From the NCBI GenBank assembly GCA_964561525.1, contig CAZLPY010000003.1, positions 1-50,327 on the forward strand: DNA of 50,327 nucleotides, in the 5' to 3' direction. The first letter of the stretch is position 1. Each line of letters begins with the position of its first letter. A program made the position numbers and the translations under genes. Under the pieces are notes generated by a model. It was not told where the DNA came from, ran no database searches, and saw only the letters and a program-made list of their open reading frames with translations. The stretch comes from an uncultured Candidatus Saccharibacteria bacterium. GTDB taxonomy: Bacteria > Patescibacteriota > UBA1384 > CAJBMM01. Below, piece by piece: positions 40,312-49,832 of the stretch.

Positions 40312-42870
40312 CTAGGTAACCACGAGTTCATTATCGATATGGCGCACGACAGCGGTTTTACGTTTATCTAACCTTCCCTCAAGGATAGCATCGGCTAGTT
40401 TATCCTCAACTGCGCTTTGAATGAGGCGACGAATTGGTCGCGCGCCGTTTTTAGGGTCATAGCCATGCTCGGCGAGGTATTTGCGAGCGGCTTGATCAAC
40501 CTGCACCTTCAAACCGCGCTCCTTGGCTCGGGCGATCAACTCTTCAATATGCAAATCGACAATTTTGCGGACGTGCTCTTTGGTTAGTGGATTAAATACG
40601 ACAATGTGATCGAGGCGGTTTAAAAACTCCGGAGCAAAATGATCATGCAAGCTTTTCACCACATCATCCTTGACCAGCTGAAATGATTTGAGTGCTTGGG
40701 CTTCCTCATCTAAATTCTCAGCCTGAAATCCGAGCGTCGCTTGGCTGGTCATCTGCTCAACGCCGATGTTTGAGGTCATGATAATCAAGGCGTGGCGGAA
40801 ATCGATGCGACGACCTTTGGCATCTGTCAAAAAACCGTCTTCTAAAATTTGCAATAACATGTTGAACACGTCGGGGTGAGCTTTTTCGATTTCATCCAAC
40901 AAAATTACGCTGTAGGGGTGATGGCGGATAGTCTCACTCAATTTACCGCCTTCTTCGTAGCCGACGTAACCCGCCGGTGCACCGATCAGTCGAGAGACGT
41001 TATGCCGTTCCATAAACTCTGACATATCAATTTTGACCAAGGCACTTTCCTTACCATATACCTGACGGGCGATCACCTTAGCGAGCTCAGACTTTCCTAC
41101 TCCGGTTGGCCCAAGGAAAATAAATGATCCGGTTGGCCTGGCAGTTTGGCCGATGCCAGTGCGCGCCCGACGAATGACCCGTGCAACGGTGCCGATTGCC
41201 TCGTCCTGGCCAATCACACTTTTGCGTAGTTGTGCCTCTAATTGTTGAATTTGGGCGATGTCTTCGCTGGCCAAGGTAGCCTGTGGTATCCCAGTGAGCC
41301 GGGCGATCGTTTTTTCGATATCAATCTTGGTAATCATGATCATTTTTGCGCTTGTCGCTCGCACACTGGTTTTTTCAACCGCGCGTTTCACCACCTCTTC
41401 TTTTCGCTGCAGTTTCGAGGCATCATCATACTGCTCTTGTAGCACCGCACGCTCTTTGGCAGCACTGATTTGCTCAAGGCGTAAGCGTAGTTCCGCAAGT
41501 GTTTTTTGGTTTTTGTTGCCGGATCGCACGCGGGCCGCGGTTTCATCTATCAAGTCAATTGCTTTATCGGGTAAGTACCGATCAGTAATATAGCGGTTGC
41601 TAAGCGTTACAGCCGCTTCAATCGCCTCGTCAGTAATCTTTACTTGGTGATACTGTTCATACTGCGGGCGAATGCCTTCCAAAATGTGCACGCTATCGCC
41701 CACGGACGGTTCATTCACCACTATGGATTGGAAGCGGCGGGTTAGGGCGGCGTCACGCTCAATGTGTTTTTGGTATTCGTTTAATGTAGTAGCACCAATG
41801 ACGCGTAATTGTCCCTTGGCAAGTGACGGCTTTAGTATCTGTGCCGCGTCAAGCGAAACTTCAGCACTTCCGGCGCCGATGATGGTGTTCAGTTCATCCA
41901 TAAATAACATTGCATTGTCGAGCTTCAATAACTCGTCAATCACCTTTTTAATCCGTTCCTCAAACTGGCCACGGTACATTGTACCAGCAACCAGCAGCGC
42001 TAAATCGAGCGCCAGCAATTTTTTGCCAACTAAACTGGCCGGAACATCACCAGATACGATGCGCTGCGCAATCCCTTCGACGATAGCGGTTTTACCGACT
42101 CCCGGCTCGCCGATCAGCACCGGATTATTTTTGGTACGACGGGATAGGATTTCGATCACGCGAGTAATTTCTTGCTCACGACCGATCACTGGGTCAAGCT
42201 TGCCTTCGGCGGCCATTTTGGTTAAGTCGGTGCTGAAATAATCGAGCGCGCTGGAGCCTTTTAAGCGTCGGCGCGGCACACTACGTGATTCTGAGGGTCC
42301 AAACCCGTCACTCCCATCAATTTCATCAAGCATACGCGGCATTTCATTCTCGTCACGGGCGTCACCTTGATTTGGTCGGAATCGTGGTAGCGATTTTTCA
42401 TCACTACCAAGCGAATCAAGCTGCATTAACTCTTGAAACAGGCCAATTACTTGATTTTTGATACGCTCAGGGTCGATATTGAGGTGTCGTAGTGCAACGT
42501 ACGCACGAGATTGATTATCTGATAGCACGGCTAGCAACAGATGCTCAGTGTCAATGCCGACGTGCCCAAACTGGGCGGCGATGTTCATGGCACGATCGAG
42601 GGCGGTGCGAGTATCCTCGGCTAATGCCGGGAGCTGTGTACGTGTTTTTGGTGTTGCATCGCCTTGATGAGCTAGCTCTGACTCTATCTTTTGGGCAGTC
42701 ACATCGTAGCTTTGCAAAATGCCGTGTGCCAGCGAATCCTTATGCAGCAGCATGCCGAGTAAGACGTGGTTGGTTGTGGTTTTGGCATGTGCGTCCACCG
42801 CTAAATACTGCGCCGATGTCAGCACCCGCTTAGCATTTTCACTAAATTTATTGAAGTAACTTTCGTCCAC
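40312..42870 (-). CDS. clpC: ATP-dependent Clp protease ATP-binding subunit ClpC-like (class I AAA+)
   Basis: Clp_N repeats, two Walker A boxes ([16 protein letters not shown]) and a UVR-like middle region. GTG start with AAGGAG. Confidence 0.9.
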   Translation of the reverse strand: MDESYFNKFSENAKRVLTSAQYLAVDAHAKTTTNHVLLGMLLHKDSLAHGILQSYDVTAQKIESELAHQGDATPKTRTQLPALAEDTRTALDRAMNIAAQFGHVGIDTEHLLLAVLSDNQSRAYVALRHLNIDPERIKNQVIGLFQELMQLDSLGSDEKSLPRFRPNQGDARDENEMPRMLDEIDGSDGFGPSESRSVPRRRLKGSSALDYFSTDLTKMAAEGKLDPVIGREQEITRVIEILSRRTKNNPVLIGEPGVGKTAIVEGIAQRIVSGDVPASLVGKKLLALDLALLVAGTMYRGQFEERIKKVIDELLKLDNAMLFMDELNTIIGAGSAEVSLDAAQILKPSLAKGQLRVIGATTLNEYQKHIERDAALTRRFQSIVVNEPSVGDSVHILEGIRPQYEQYHQVKITDEAIEAAVTLSNRYITDRYLPDKAIDLIDETAARVRSGNKNQKTLAELRLRLEQISAAKERAVLQEQYDDASKLQRKEEVVKRAVEKTSVRATSAKMIMITKIDIEKTIARLTGIPQATLASEDIAQIQQLEAQLRKSVIGQDEAIGTVARVIRRARTGIGQTARPTGSFIFLGPTGVGKSELAKVIARQVYGKESALVKIDMSEFMERHNVSRLIGAPAGYVGYEEGGKLSETIRHHPYSVILLDEIEKAHPDVFNMLLQILEDGFLTDAKGRRIDFRHALIIMTSNIGVEQMTSQATLGFQAENLDEEAQALKSFQLVKDDVVKSLHDHFAPEFLNRLDHIVVFNPLTKEHVRKIVDLHIEELIARAKERGLKVQVDQAARKYLAEHGYDPKNGARPIRRLIQSAVEDKLADAILEGRLDKRKTAVVRHIDNELVVT

Positions 42871-42935
42871 GAATGAACTCCTTTTTCAGAGTTTCGATAT
42901 GTAATGCAGCAAACAAGTAGTAACGCCCGGAATGA

Positions 42936-44180
42936 TTACTCCAGAGTAGGCTCATTTACAGATGCTTGGTCGTTCTTAGATTTTTTTGTAGCCTTTTTGG
43001 TGCTCGACTTAGTTTTTGACCCAGTTTTTGCCGTGGCCTTTGATTTGGCGGTTTTTTTGACCGGTGTCGCATTTTCACCGGCTTCCTCAGTCACCTCAGC
43101 AGCATGATCTTCCTGCTTCATTTCAGCTGCAGTAGCCCCGTCACCATGTTTTTCAATATCGATGTCCCAACCGGTTAGTTTGCTGGCTAGGCGCACATTT
43201 TGGCCACTGCGTCCGATCGCCAACGAAAGTTGGTCCTCCGGTACCGCTACTCGAGCTGATGACACATTTTCGTTTAATGCTACCGTAAGGACTTTGGCTG
43301 GTGACAAGGCGTTGGTAATAAACTGGATTGGGTTTTCGTCCCACAAAATGATATCAATTTTTTCCTCGCCTAGTTCAGCGAGCACTGCTTGCACGCGAAT
43401 ACCGCGCTGGCCAACACAGGATCCAACAGGGTCTAGGCCCTCTTGATTGGCTGCGACCGCTACTTTGGAGCGCGTCCCGGCCTCGCGGGCGATCGATTTA
43501 ATTTCCACTGAACCGGCGGCAATTTCCGGCACTTCAAGCTCAAACAATTTAGCCACAATTGCAGCATCGGCACGTGATACCGAAACCTGGGGGCCACGCA
43601 TGGTCTCAACTACCTCTTTCACAAATACTTTGAGGCGCTGACCAATATGATAATGCTCACCACGAATTTGCTCAGAAGGAAACATCACACCGTTAATTTT
43701 GCCGAGGTTGATGATCACGTTCTCACCCTCAATTTGCTGGACCGATCCGTTGAGCAGCGCATGCTCTTTTTGCTTAAACTCTTCGTACAGTAGCTCACGT
43801 TCAGCTTGGCGGATGCGCTGGATAATCACTTGCTTCGCGGTTTGAGCGGCGATACGGCCAAAATCACTCTCGGTAGGCAGCGGCATACTAATCTCATCGC
43901 CAACTTTAACGTCTTTTTTAAACAATTTGGCTTGCTCCACCGTCATTTCGGATTCAAGCTCCTTTAACTCTTCGTCGGCAACTACGTTGTACACGCGCTC
44001 AACTTGCATCTCATCCTGATCGGGATCAAGGTGCACGCGGATTATTTGATCGGGACGGCCAAAATCTTTACGATATGCTGCCGCTAAGGCCGCTTCAACC
44101 GTATCCATGATAATTTCTTTTGCCAGGCCTTTTTCTTCAGCGATTTGGGTGATGGCTGATACTAATTCTTTGGTTGCCAC
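42936..44180 (-). CDS. nusA: transcription termination/antitermination factor NusA
   Basis: N-terminal domain, S1 and two KH domains (GQRGIRVQAV, IGRSGQNVRLA), and a Lys-rich C-terminal tail. GTG start with AAGGAG. Confidence 0.95.
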   Translation of the reverse strand: MATKELVSAITQIAEEKGLAKEIIMDTVEAALAAAYRKDFGRPDQIIRVHLDPDQDEMQVERVYNVVADEELKELESEMTVEQAKLFKKDVKVGDEISMPLPTESDFGRIAAQTAKQVIIQRIRQAERELLYEEFKQKEHALLNGSVQQIEGENVIINLGKINGVMFPSEQIRGEHYHIGQRLKVFVKEVVETMRGPQVSVSRADAAIVAKLFELEVPEIAAGSVEIKSIAREAGTRSKVAVAANQEGLDPVGSCVGQRGIRVQAVLAELGEEKIDIILWDENPIQFITNALSPAKVLTVALNENVSSARVAVPEDQLSLAIGRSGQNVRLASKLTGWDIDIEKHGDGATAAEMKQEDHAAEVTEEAGENATPVKKTAKSKATAKTGSKTKSSTKKATKKSKNDQASVNEPTLE

Positions 44181-44303
44181 GTGGGACTCCTTCGTTGCTC
44201 ATGAATCTTACATCATGAAGGACATTTACTACTATTGTATCACATATTCCTGAATCTCTGGTTGTAATATCAGGCTTTGTGAATTCGGGTAAAAAAAACA
44301 GCT

Positions 44304-44342
44304 GTCTAGCATCTAGACAACCTAAAATGAGTATAGCATAAT
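44304..44342 (+). promoter_or_regulatory. promoter with overlapping palindrome upstream of the desaturase gene
   Basis: TAGACA (44314-44319), a 17-nt spacer, then CATAAT (44337-44342). The palindrome GTCTAG-cat-CTAGAC (44304-44318) covers the -35. Confidence 0.4.
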
Positions 44343-44451
44343 CTACCGCTTTTTGTCAATTGCTTCTATACTAAAGGGAGCTGTGACCTGTAACTTTACA
44401 ATTGTTTTACCGAATCGACCTCATGGAAGGATCGGGAGGAAGGATACCGTC

Positions 44452-45414
44452 ATGATTACGAGTGCAAGTACGCCATCATCTCTCGACCGTCCGGGTCGGT
44501 CTGGCGTGGCGAAGTTTTTCATTAGACTGTGGCCTAAGTTTGCGCCATGGACATTGATCGTGCTTGTCTGCATCCCGTTTGTTGGCACCACCTATGCTAT
44601 CACTGAGTTGTGGCAACGTGCGGTGTCGTGGGGTGATCTTGGCTTGATGTTTGGGATGTACTGCTTCACTGGTCTCGGTGTAACGATGGGTTATCACCGC
44701 ATGCTCACCCACCGCAGCTTTGAGGCACATCCCATCCTCAAATTCACCCTGCTGGTTGCCGGCTCAATGGCCCTTGAAGGACCGCCCAATATTTGGGCGC
44801 GGACGCACATCAAACATCATGCGCATTCCGACAAAAAAGATGATCCGCACAGCCCCATCGCCGGGTTTTGGCACGCCCACATGGGTTGGTTTGTGTCAAG
44901 TGATCCGGTCGAGAAGACGTACGGGGCCTGGCTCGATCGCGATCGCATGATTATGTTTGTCAGCCGCACGTTCCCTATTTGGGCGGTGCTAACATTCCTG
45001 ATTCCCTTCTGGATAGGCGGCTGGACCGGGCTGCTGTGGGGCGGCTTGGTGCGCGTTTTTTTGTGCCATCACACTACCTGGAGCATCAACTCCGTCTGCC
45101 ACACCTTCGGAGATCGAATGTTCGATACTCCTGACCAAAGTCGTAATCTTCCCTGGTGGTTGCAGTGGATTGTTTGGATCGGATTTGGTGAGCCTAATCA
45201 CAATAACCATCACTTTGCTCAGAGGTCTGCTCGTCATGGGCTCAAGTGGTGGCAGATCGACATCTCCTACTACTTGATTTGCCTGCTCGAGTTTCTGGGG
45301 TTGGTGTGGAATGTTTGCGTGTACAATATGCGCGAACGCAAGCTCATCACGAGGAAGAACAGATCACTCTGGCGCATGATTATACCAGCCACTGTTGGAT
45401 CTTCGCTCATTTGA
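44452..45414 (+). CDS. membrane fatty-acid (acyl-CoA/acyl-lipid) desaturase
   Basis: Three His boxes (HRMLTHRS, HIKHHAHSD, HNNHH) with the TM pattern. ATG 44452 follows GGGAGGAAGGA. Confidence 0.85.
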   Translation: MITSASTPSSLDRPGRSGVAKFFIRLWPKFAPWTLIVLVCIPFVGTTYAITELWQRAVSWGDLGLMFGMYCFTGLGVTMGYHRMLTHRSFEAHPILKFTLLVAGSMALEGPPNIWARTHIKHHAHSDKKDDPHSPIAGFWHAHMGWFVSSDPVEKTYGAWLDRDRMIMFVSRTFPIWAVLTFLIPFWIGGWTGLLWGGLVRVFLCHHTTWSINSVCHTFGDRMFDTPDQSRNLPWWLQWIVWIGFGEPNHNNHHFAQRSARHGLKWWQIDISYYLICLLEFLGLVWNVCVYNMRERKLITRKNRSLWRMIIPATVGSSLI

Positions 45415-45471
45415 GGCCACGGTCTCAAGTCCGACGCCCTCTGACCGTCCCTAAGGGTCTGTATCAAAAAT

Positions 45472-45509
45472 AAGCCTGTGCGCGTTTATCGCGTCCAGGC
45501 TTCCTTTTT
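45472..45509 (+). terminator. terminator after the desaturase gene
   Basis: Stem AAGCCTG/CAGGCTT enclosing a second small stem, followed by CCTTTTTG. Confidence 0.45.
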
Positions 45510-45513
45510 GCGA

Positions 45514-45551
45514 TTAAAAAAGCGGCGAGGGGCAAAAATCTGCTCCTCGCC
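45514..45551 (-). terminator. terminator after 45575..45958
   Basis: Stem GGCGAGG/CCTCGCC (45524-45551), followed on the minus strand by GCTTTTTTAAT. Confidence 0.5.
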
Positions 45552-45574
45552 AGCGTTCGCCTCGGATCGATGTT

Positions 45575-45958
45575 CTATTCGCGGTGGTTGACCGTCACCA
45601 TGATGCGACCATGGTCGCTAGAATTGGTGACAAACACGTGTCCCCATCTTTTATCACCATTGAAGATCATAAGGCCGCGGACTTCGAACCCTTTCTCGCG
45701 GTAGAATTCCGCGATCAGATCCTCAAGTGTTGAGTCGGACACTGGCTTCGATACTCGCAGCATAAAGTCTTCTGCTCGCGATGAGCTCTTGGCGATAATC
45801 AGTGCAGCCTCGATGCCTGCTTCCGCTGCTGCAGGGCCGCATTTAGCCGCGAGTTCGACATGACGTTCAATCTGGCTTTGGCTCTCAACTCCGAGCGCAT
45901 GCGCCAATGTTTCCTCGAGTGTGACTTCCGCGACAGCCGAAGCTATTCCTTGGCTCAT
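45575..45958 (-). CDS. hypothetical protein (127 aa), no family recognised
   Basis: ATG 45958 lies 8 nt after GTGAGGG, with its own promoter and terminator. G+C-rich. Confidence 0.6.
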   Translation of the reverse strand: MSQGIASAVAEVTLEETLAHALGVESQSQIERHVELAAKCGPAAAEAGIEAALIIAKSSSRAEDFMLRVSKPVSDSTLEDLIAEFYREKGFEVRGLMIFNGDKRWGHVFVTNSSDHGRIMVTVNHRE

Positions 45959-46010
45959 AGTAGAACCCTCACTTTCAGTGTGGATTGTGAAGAGCTGTGA
46001 TATGTCTAGC

Positions 46011-46038
46011 ATTATCTACTTTTACTATGAATTGTCAA
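46011..46038 (-). promoter_or_regulatory. sigma70-like promoter for 45575..45958
   Basis: TTGACA (46038..46033), a 16-nt spacer, then GATAAT (46016..46011). Confidence 0.5.
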
Positions 46039-46057
46039 ATTCAGTATGGCACCACTA

Positions 46058-46801
46058 CTAACGCGCTGTCAGCTTGTGCCAGAGAATAAGTAGGAACATT
46101 TGTGGTAGGGCAAGCTGTCTTCTCCACCTCCATGGCTCGTGCACGAGGCGCCACAGCCACTCTAGGCCAACATCGCGCATTAGTTTTGGAGCGCGTTTTT
46201 GCTTGCCGGCTACAAAATCGTAGGTGCCGCCTACTCCCATCATCACCGGCACATTCAGCTCGTGTTTATGCTCGTGGATCCACAGCTCTTGTTTTGGAGC
46301 ACCCCAGGCGACGAACAGAATTTGGGGGTTAGAATTTTGAATTTGGGGAATGAGGTCAGGATCATCGGGATCTCCTTCTGAAATGCCGACTATTTTTAGT
46401 TCAGGATGCAGTTGCTGCCAAATTTTAGCAGTATGGGCTGCCGCACCACCCCGACCGCCAAGCAAAAATACCGAATACCCCTCTTTGGCGGCGATCGCCA
46501 CAATATCACCCGCTAAATCCACCCCCGGGATGCGTGGCGGCACGGGCTGATTGGTCAACGTAGCTGCTAGCACCACCCCGGCACCGTCCGCCAGGCACAA
46601 ATCGGCTTCGCCAAGCGCTTTTTTGAACTCTAGGTTTCGTTGCGCCTCCATAATAAATTCAACGTTCACCGTGGCAATTTGGTGCGGCTTTTCAGAATCA
46701 ACGAATTGATGAATGGCCGCCAGCACTTCATCGTGGGAATGAGTGTCGATTCGGATATCTAGAATATTGCATTGAGACATATGACATAAGGCATAAGACA
46801 T
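46058..46801 (-). CDS. WecB/TagA/CpsF-family glycosyltransferase (GT26)
   Basis: ATVNVEFIMEA, LCLADGAGVV, FLLGG and WGAPKQELW blocks. The first 7 codons are word-repeat DNA, so ATG 46780 is an alternative start. Confidence 0.85.
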   Translation of the reverse strand: MSYALCHMSQCNILDIRIDTHSHDEVLAAIHQFVDSEKPHQIATVNVEFIMEAQRNLEFKKALGEADLCLADGAGVVLAATLTNQPVPPRIPGVDLAGDIVAIAAKEGYSVFLLGGRGGAAAHTAKIWQQLHPELKIVGISEGDPDDPDLIPQIQNSNPQILFVAWGAPKQELWIHEHKHELNVPVMMGVGGTYDFVAGKQKRAPKLMRDVGLEWLWRLVHEPWRWRRQLALPQMFLLILWHKLTAR

Positions 46802-46856
46802 AAGAGAAAACGCTTCCCTATAGTCTTACGTCTTAAGTCTTACGTCTTAAGTCTTG
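46781..46856. repeat. CATAAG/CTTAAG-word inverted repeat spanning a gene junction
   Basis: Left arm ATGACATAAGGCATAAGACATAAGAG and right arm TAGTCTTACGTCTTAAGTCTTACGTCTTAAGTCTTG. The arms overlap the first codons of the WecB-like gene and the last codons of the GT4 gene. Confidence 0.45.
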
Positions 46857-47954
46857 TCCCTCAATCACCCTCTTCAATTTCTGCTGAAATTGCTCTTTGC
46901 TAAACTGCTGCGCGTGTTCGTGAATTGCTTTTGGGTCAAGTTTGGATTCTATTTTTTCGAAGCGCTCAATTGCCGCAATCATTCCTTCTGTCGAATGATC
47001 GTCGAATAACACTCCGGTTGTGCCATCGACTACTGTTTCAGTAGTACCACCTTTGTTGTAAGCGATGACCGGCACGCCACATGCCATCGCCTCGACTGGC
47101 ACTAAGCCAAAGTCATCAATGCACGGCCACAACAATGCTTTAGCTCCTTGCGTCTCAGCTCTAACAGCACCATCTTCTAAGAATCCAGTAAACTGAATCG
47201 TTGGCCCGGCCATCGCTTGCAGATGCTCCAGCTCCTCCCCTGCCCCGATAACATGCAATTCTCTCCCTAGTTTGGTACACGCTTGCACGGCCAGTTCAAT
47301 CCGTTTTGGTGGGGTAAGGCGGCAGACGGTGATGTAATAATCGGATGACGGAGAATGAAGGACGGAGGACGGAACGTAAAAATCTGAATCAAAGCCGGGA
47401 TACAAAACAGTAGCATCACGGCGGTAAAACTTGTGGATGCGATCAGCTACTGTCTGCGAGTTTCCAAGCATCATGTCGGGCCGCTGTGCGGCTAAGTAAT
47501 CCCACTCCCGCAGCCGATGTAGGAATCGCTGCGCCACTGCCCCTTTAAAACCACGGTCCCATGCTTTTTCTTTCATGTATTGGTAGTGATAATCCCACAA
47601 AAAGCGGGCTGGTGTGTGGTAGTAGCAAATATGAGTTGTTTCAGGCTGCGTAATCACCCCATGAGCAAACGCGCTGGAGAGCGATAACACCACGTCAAAC
47701 CCACTAAAATCCCAATCCTCTACCGCCATGGGATACAGCGGCATCGCGAGGGTGTGGCCGCGTTTTTTTAGTACCGGCAAGCGCTCAATCATTGAGGTAC
47801 GGATATCCCAGCCGTCCATGCGGTGATGCATGCGCTCCGGGCTATATCGTAGGGTAAAAATCGGTGCCTCGGGATACATCTCGTGCACGTGCTCAAGCAC
47901 GCGCTCCGCACCGCCGTAGGTTAATAAAAAGTCATGTACAATGGCTAATTTCAC
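46833..47954 (-). CDS. glycosyltransferase family 4
   Basis: 373 aa, GT-B fold, with C-terminal E.FGLVPVEAMACGVPVIA. Confidence 0.85.
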   Translation of the reverse strand: MKLAIVHDFLLTYGGAERVLEHVHEMYPEAPIFTLRYSPERMHHRMDGWDIRTSMIERLPVLKKRGHTLAMPLYPMAVEDWDFSGFDVVLSLSSAFAHGVITQPETTHICYYHTPARFLWDYHYQYMKEKAWDRGFKGAVAQRFLHRLREWDYLAAQRPDMMLGNSQTVADRIHKFYRRDATVLYPGFDSDFYVPSSVLHSPSSDYYITVCRLTPPKRIELAVQACTKLGRELHVIGAGEELEHLQAMAGPTIQFTGFLEDGAVRAETQGAKALLWPCIDDFGLVPVEAMACGVPVIAYNKGGTTETVVDGTTGVLFDDHSTEGMIAAIERFEKIESKLDPKAIHEHAQQFSKEQFQQKLKRVIEGQDLRRKT

Positions 47955-48019
47955 CTTGTTATTCTACCAGAATTATCACAATTTGTTGAGTCGTATGTTC
48001 GGCGCATGTACTAAATCTA

Positions 48020-48047
48020 TTGTATATACAGAATATTGTGGTATAAT
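48020..48047 (+). promoter_or_regulatory. extended -10 promoter for 48086..48637
   Basis: TTGTAT (48020-48025), a 16-nt spacer, then TGgTATAAT (48039-48047). Confidence 0.5.
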
Positions 48048-48085
48048 ATAGGAAGGACGTTTACATCTTATCATGGAGGAGCGCT

Positions 48086-48637
48086 ATGTACCTGTTTGAA
48101 GGTCAAGGCATCGTTGTGCCAGGAATGAGTTACTCTGTGAGTCCCATCGGCATCGTTATCACCTATCTGGACGGGGGCAGTGCGGTTGGTATGCTGTATC
48201 GGCCCCCCAACCACCACGACGGAGCCATGCTGATGATGCTTCATCGGAAATCGCCGGATCATTTCAGACAGTATTGCCTTGATGTTGTAAGAAAGGCCGC
48301 TGCAGACGGCAGGCAACATGCCGAGCCTGGATCAATCTACCTCAGGGTAGGACGTAGCCAGCTTTTTTGCAAGCCTTACACCTCAACCGGGAACTCTCAA
48401 CGACGAGGCGCGCAGGGGGGAGCGCCATTCGATTTCTCGCAGTGCGTTGAGGATCGAAGATCAGATCTAGGCGATACTTCGGTCCGGAATAGCACCGCAC
48501 CGCTTTCGCCTGACCAGAGCGCACGGCCCGATCCTCCATTAACACGACCTCTGGACGACAGAGGTGACACGCTTACACTTCTGACCGAGTTGTTCGGCAC
48601 ATCGCTTCACCGCGACACCAGGCAACCTCGGAGGTAG
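48086..48637 (+). CDS. hypothetical protein (183 aa); the 3' half may instead be structured RNA
   Basis: GGAGGA lies 5 nt upstream of the ATG, with a promoter and a plus-strand terminator. The first roughly 85 aa look globular. The remainder is Arg/Pro/Ser/Asp-rich, and the DNA there is G+C-rich, hairpin-rich and open in three or more frames. Confidence 0.45.
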   Translation: MYLFEGQGIVVPGMSYSVSPIGIVITYLDGGSAVGMLYRPPNHHDGAMLMMLHRKSPDHFRQYCLDVVRKAAADGRQHAEPGSIYLRVGRSQLFCKPYTSTGNSQRRGAQGGAPFDFSQCVEDRRSDLGDTSVRNSTAPLSPDQSARPDPPLTRPLDDRGDTLTLLTELFGTSLHRDTRQPRR

Positions 48638-48656
48638 TTTGTCAGTTCCAGCCACA

Positions 48657-48694
48657 GGCGGCGCAACCAAACAATTGCGCCGCCCTAATTTTTT
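48657..48694 (+). terminator. intrinsic terminator (plus strand)
   Basis: 10-bp stem GGCGGCGCAA/TTGCGCCGCC followed by CTAATTTTTT. Overlaps the stop codon of the convergent GT4 gene. Confidence 0.6.
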
Positions 48695-49791
48695 GTCAAA
48701 ATTGCAAGAGTCTTTTTAGCGGCGACTTCCCATGAGAACTGCTTCAATCGATCTTTGCCCGCGTTCACTAGGCTGGTCGACTTTTCATTATTATTCAGGG
48801 TAGCATACAAGGCCGCCGCTAATTCATCTTCATCTTTGGGATTTTTGACATACATCGCGGCCTTCCCTGCAACCTCTGGAATTGAAGAGTTGTCACTCGT
48901 TACCACGGGCACTCCTGCCGCAAAGGCCTGTAAAATTGGCAAACCAAATCCTTCGTATAACGAGGGATATACAAACACCTTGGCGATCGAAAACCAGGCA
49001 GCAAGTTCGGCGTCTGAAGCATCGCCACGGTGGATAATATTGAGGCCGGCATTTCGAGCGCTCTTGATCGCCGCAAAAACTGCTTGTGCGCCATGCCCGG
49101 ACTGCCCGATTAATACAAGCGTAAGATTTGCAGCGGCCTGACTTTTATCTTGCTTTTTGTCTTGAAGGCACAGCACCTCAAAGGCTTTAACTAACGTAGC
49201 GGTATTTTTACGCTCCTCAAGCCGCCCAACCGCTAAAATAATAACGTCTCGTTTTCGGCGCAGCACTTCCGGATAATCCGTAAGCGCGACCGGTGGCAGC
49301 GGAATCAAACTTTCCGCAATCACGTGCACGCGCTTTGCATCTACATCATAATGATCGAGCAAATCATCGCGTACGGACCCACTTGGTACAATAATTTGTG
49401 CCCGTTGTTTAATGGCACGTCCAAGAGTGATATTTTCCAACTCAATCTGCTCTCCGTTATAGGCATTTGGGTAATGCAGAAAGCCAAGATCGTGAATAGT
49501 AGTTACTGACGGCACGGGACAAAGCGGTGGTAGCATATAGCTCGGCTGGAAAAACACATCTGGCTTGTGCAGGTAGAGCTCAATTGGCAATCTAGCTTGC
49601 GTCCACATTCGAGGGAAAGGTATCAATCGTTGGTGTTCCCGAAACTGCTCCGGGAGCGGCACGGGGGTGTAGAGTCGAAATGTATGATCTGCTCCAACTC
49701 GCAACAGAGCGCGAATAATTTGTTCGCTGTAGCGTTGCACCCCGGTGGGATGACGCAGCGTTAAAGATGAAGCATCGATGCCAATTACCAT
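48685..49791 (-). CDS. glycosyltransferase family 4
   Basis: 368 aa with C-terminal YEGFGLPILQAFAAGVPVVTS. Confidence 0.85.
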   Translation of the reverse strand: MVIGIDASSLTLRHPTGVQRYSEQIIRALLRVGADHTFRLYTPVPLPEQFREHQRLIPFPRMWTQARLPIELYLHKPDVFFQPSYMLPPLCPVPSVTTIHDLGFLHYPNAYNGEQIELENITLGRAIKQRAQIIVPSGSVRDDLLDHYDVDAKRVHVIAESLIPLPPVALTDYPEVLRRKRDVIILAVGRLEERKNTATLVKAFEVLCLQDKKQDKSQAAANLTLVLIGQSGHGAQAVFAAIKSARNAGLNIIHRGDASDAELAAWFSIAKVFVYPSLYEGFGLPILQAFAAGVPVVTSDNSSIPEVAGKAAMYVKNPKDEDELAAALYATLNNNEKSTSLVNAGKDRLKQFSWEVAAKKTLAILTKN

Positions 49792-49832
49792 GTTCTTAAA
49801 GTAGTCTAATGAGACAAATTAGTCCAATGTGA

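Noticed and set aside
48330-48650. Possible RNase P RNA on the minus strand. GGAGGATCGGGC, GGCGAAAGCGGTGCGG, GCCTAGAT and GAGAGTTCCCGGTTGA occur in the same order as CR-I, the P11/12 region, CR-IV and CR-V.
   Set aside because: The near-universal GGAAAGUCC core is absent. Only about 14 nt separate the CR-I-like and P12-like motifs, leaving no room for a specificity domain. I could not draw P1/P2. The matches may be chance in G+C-rich DNA and need a cmsearch (RF00010) to settle.
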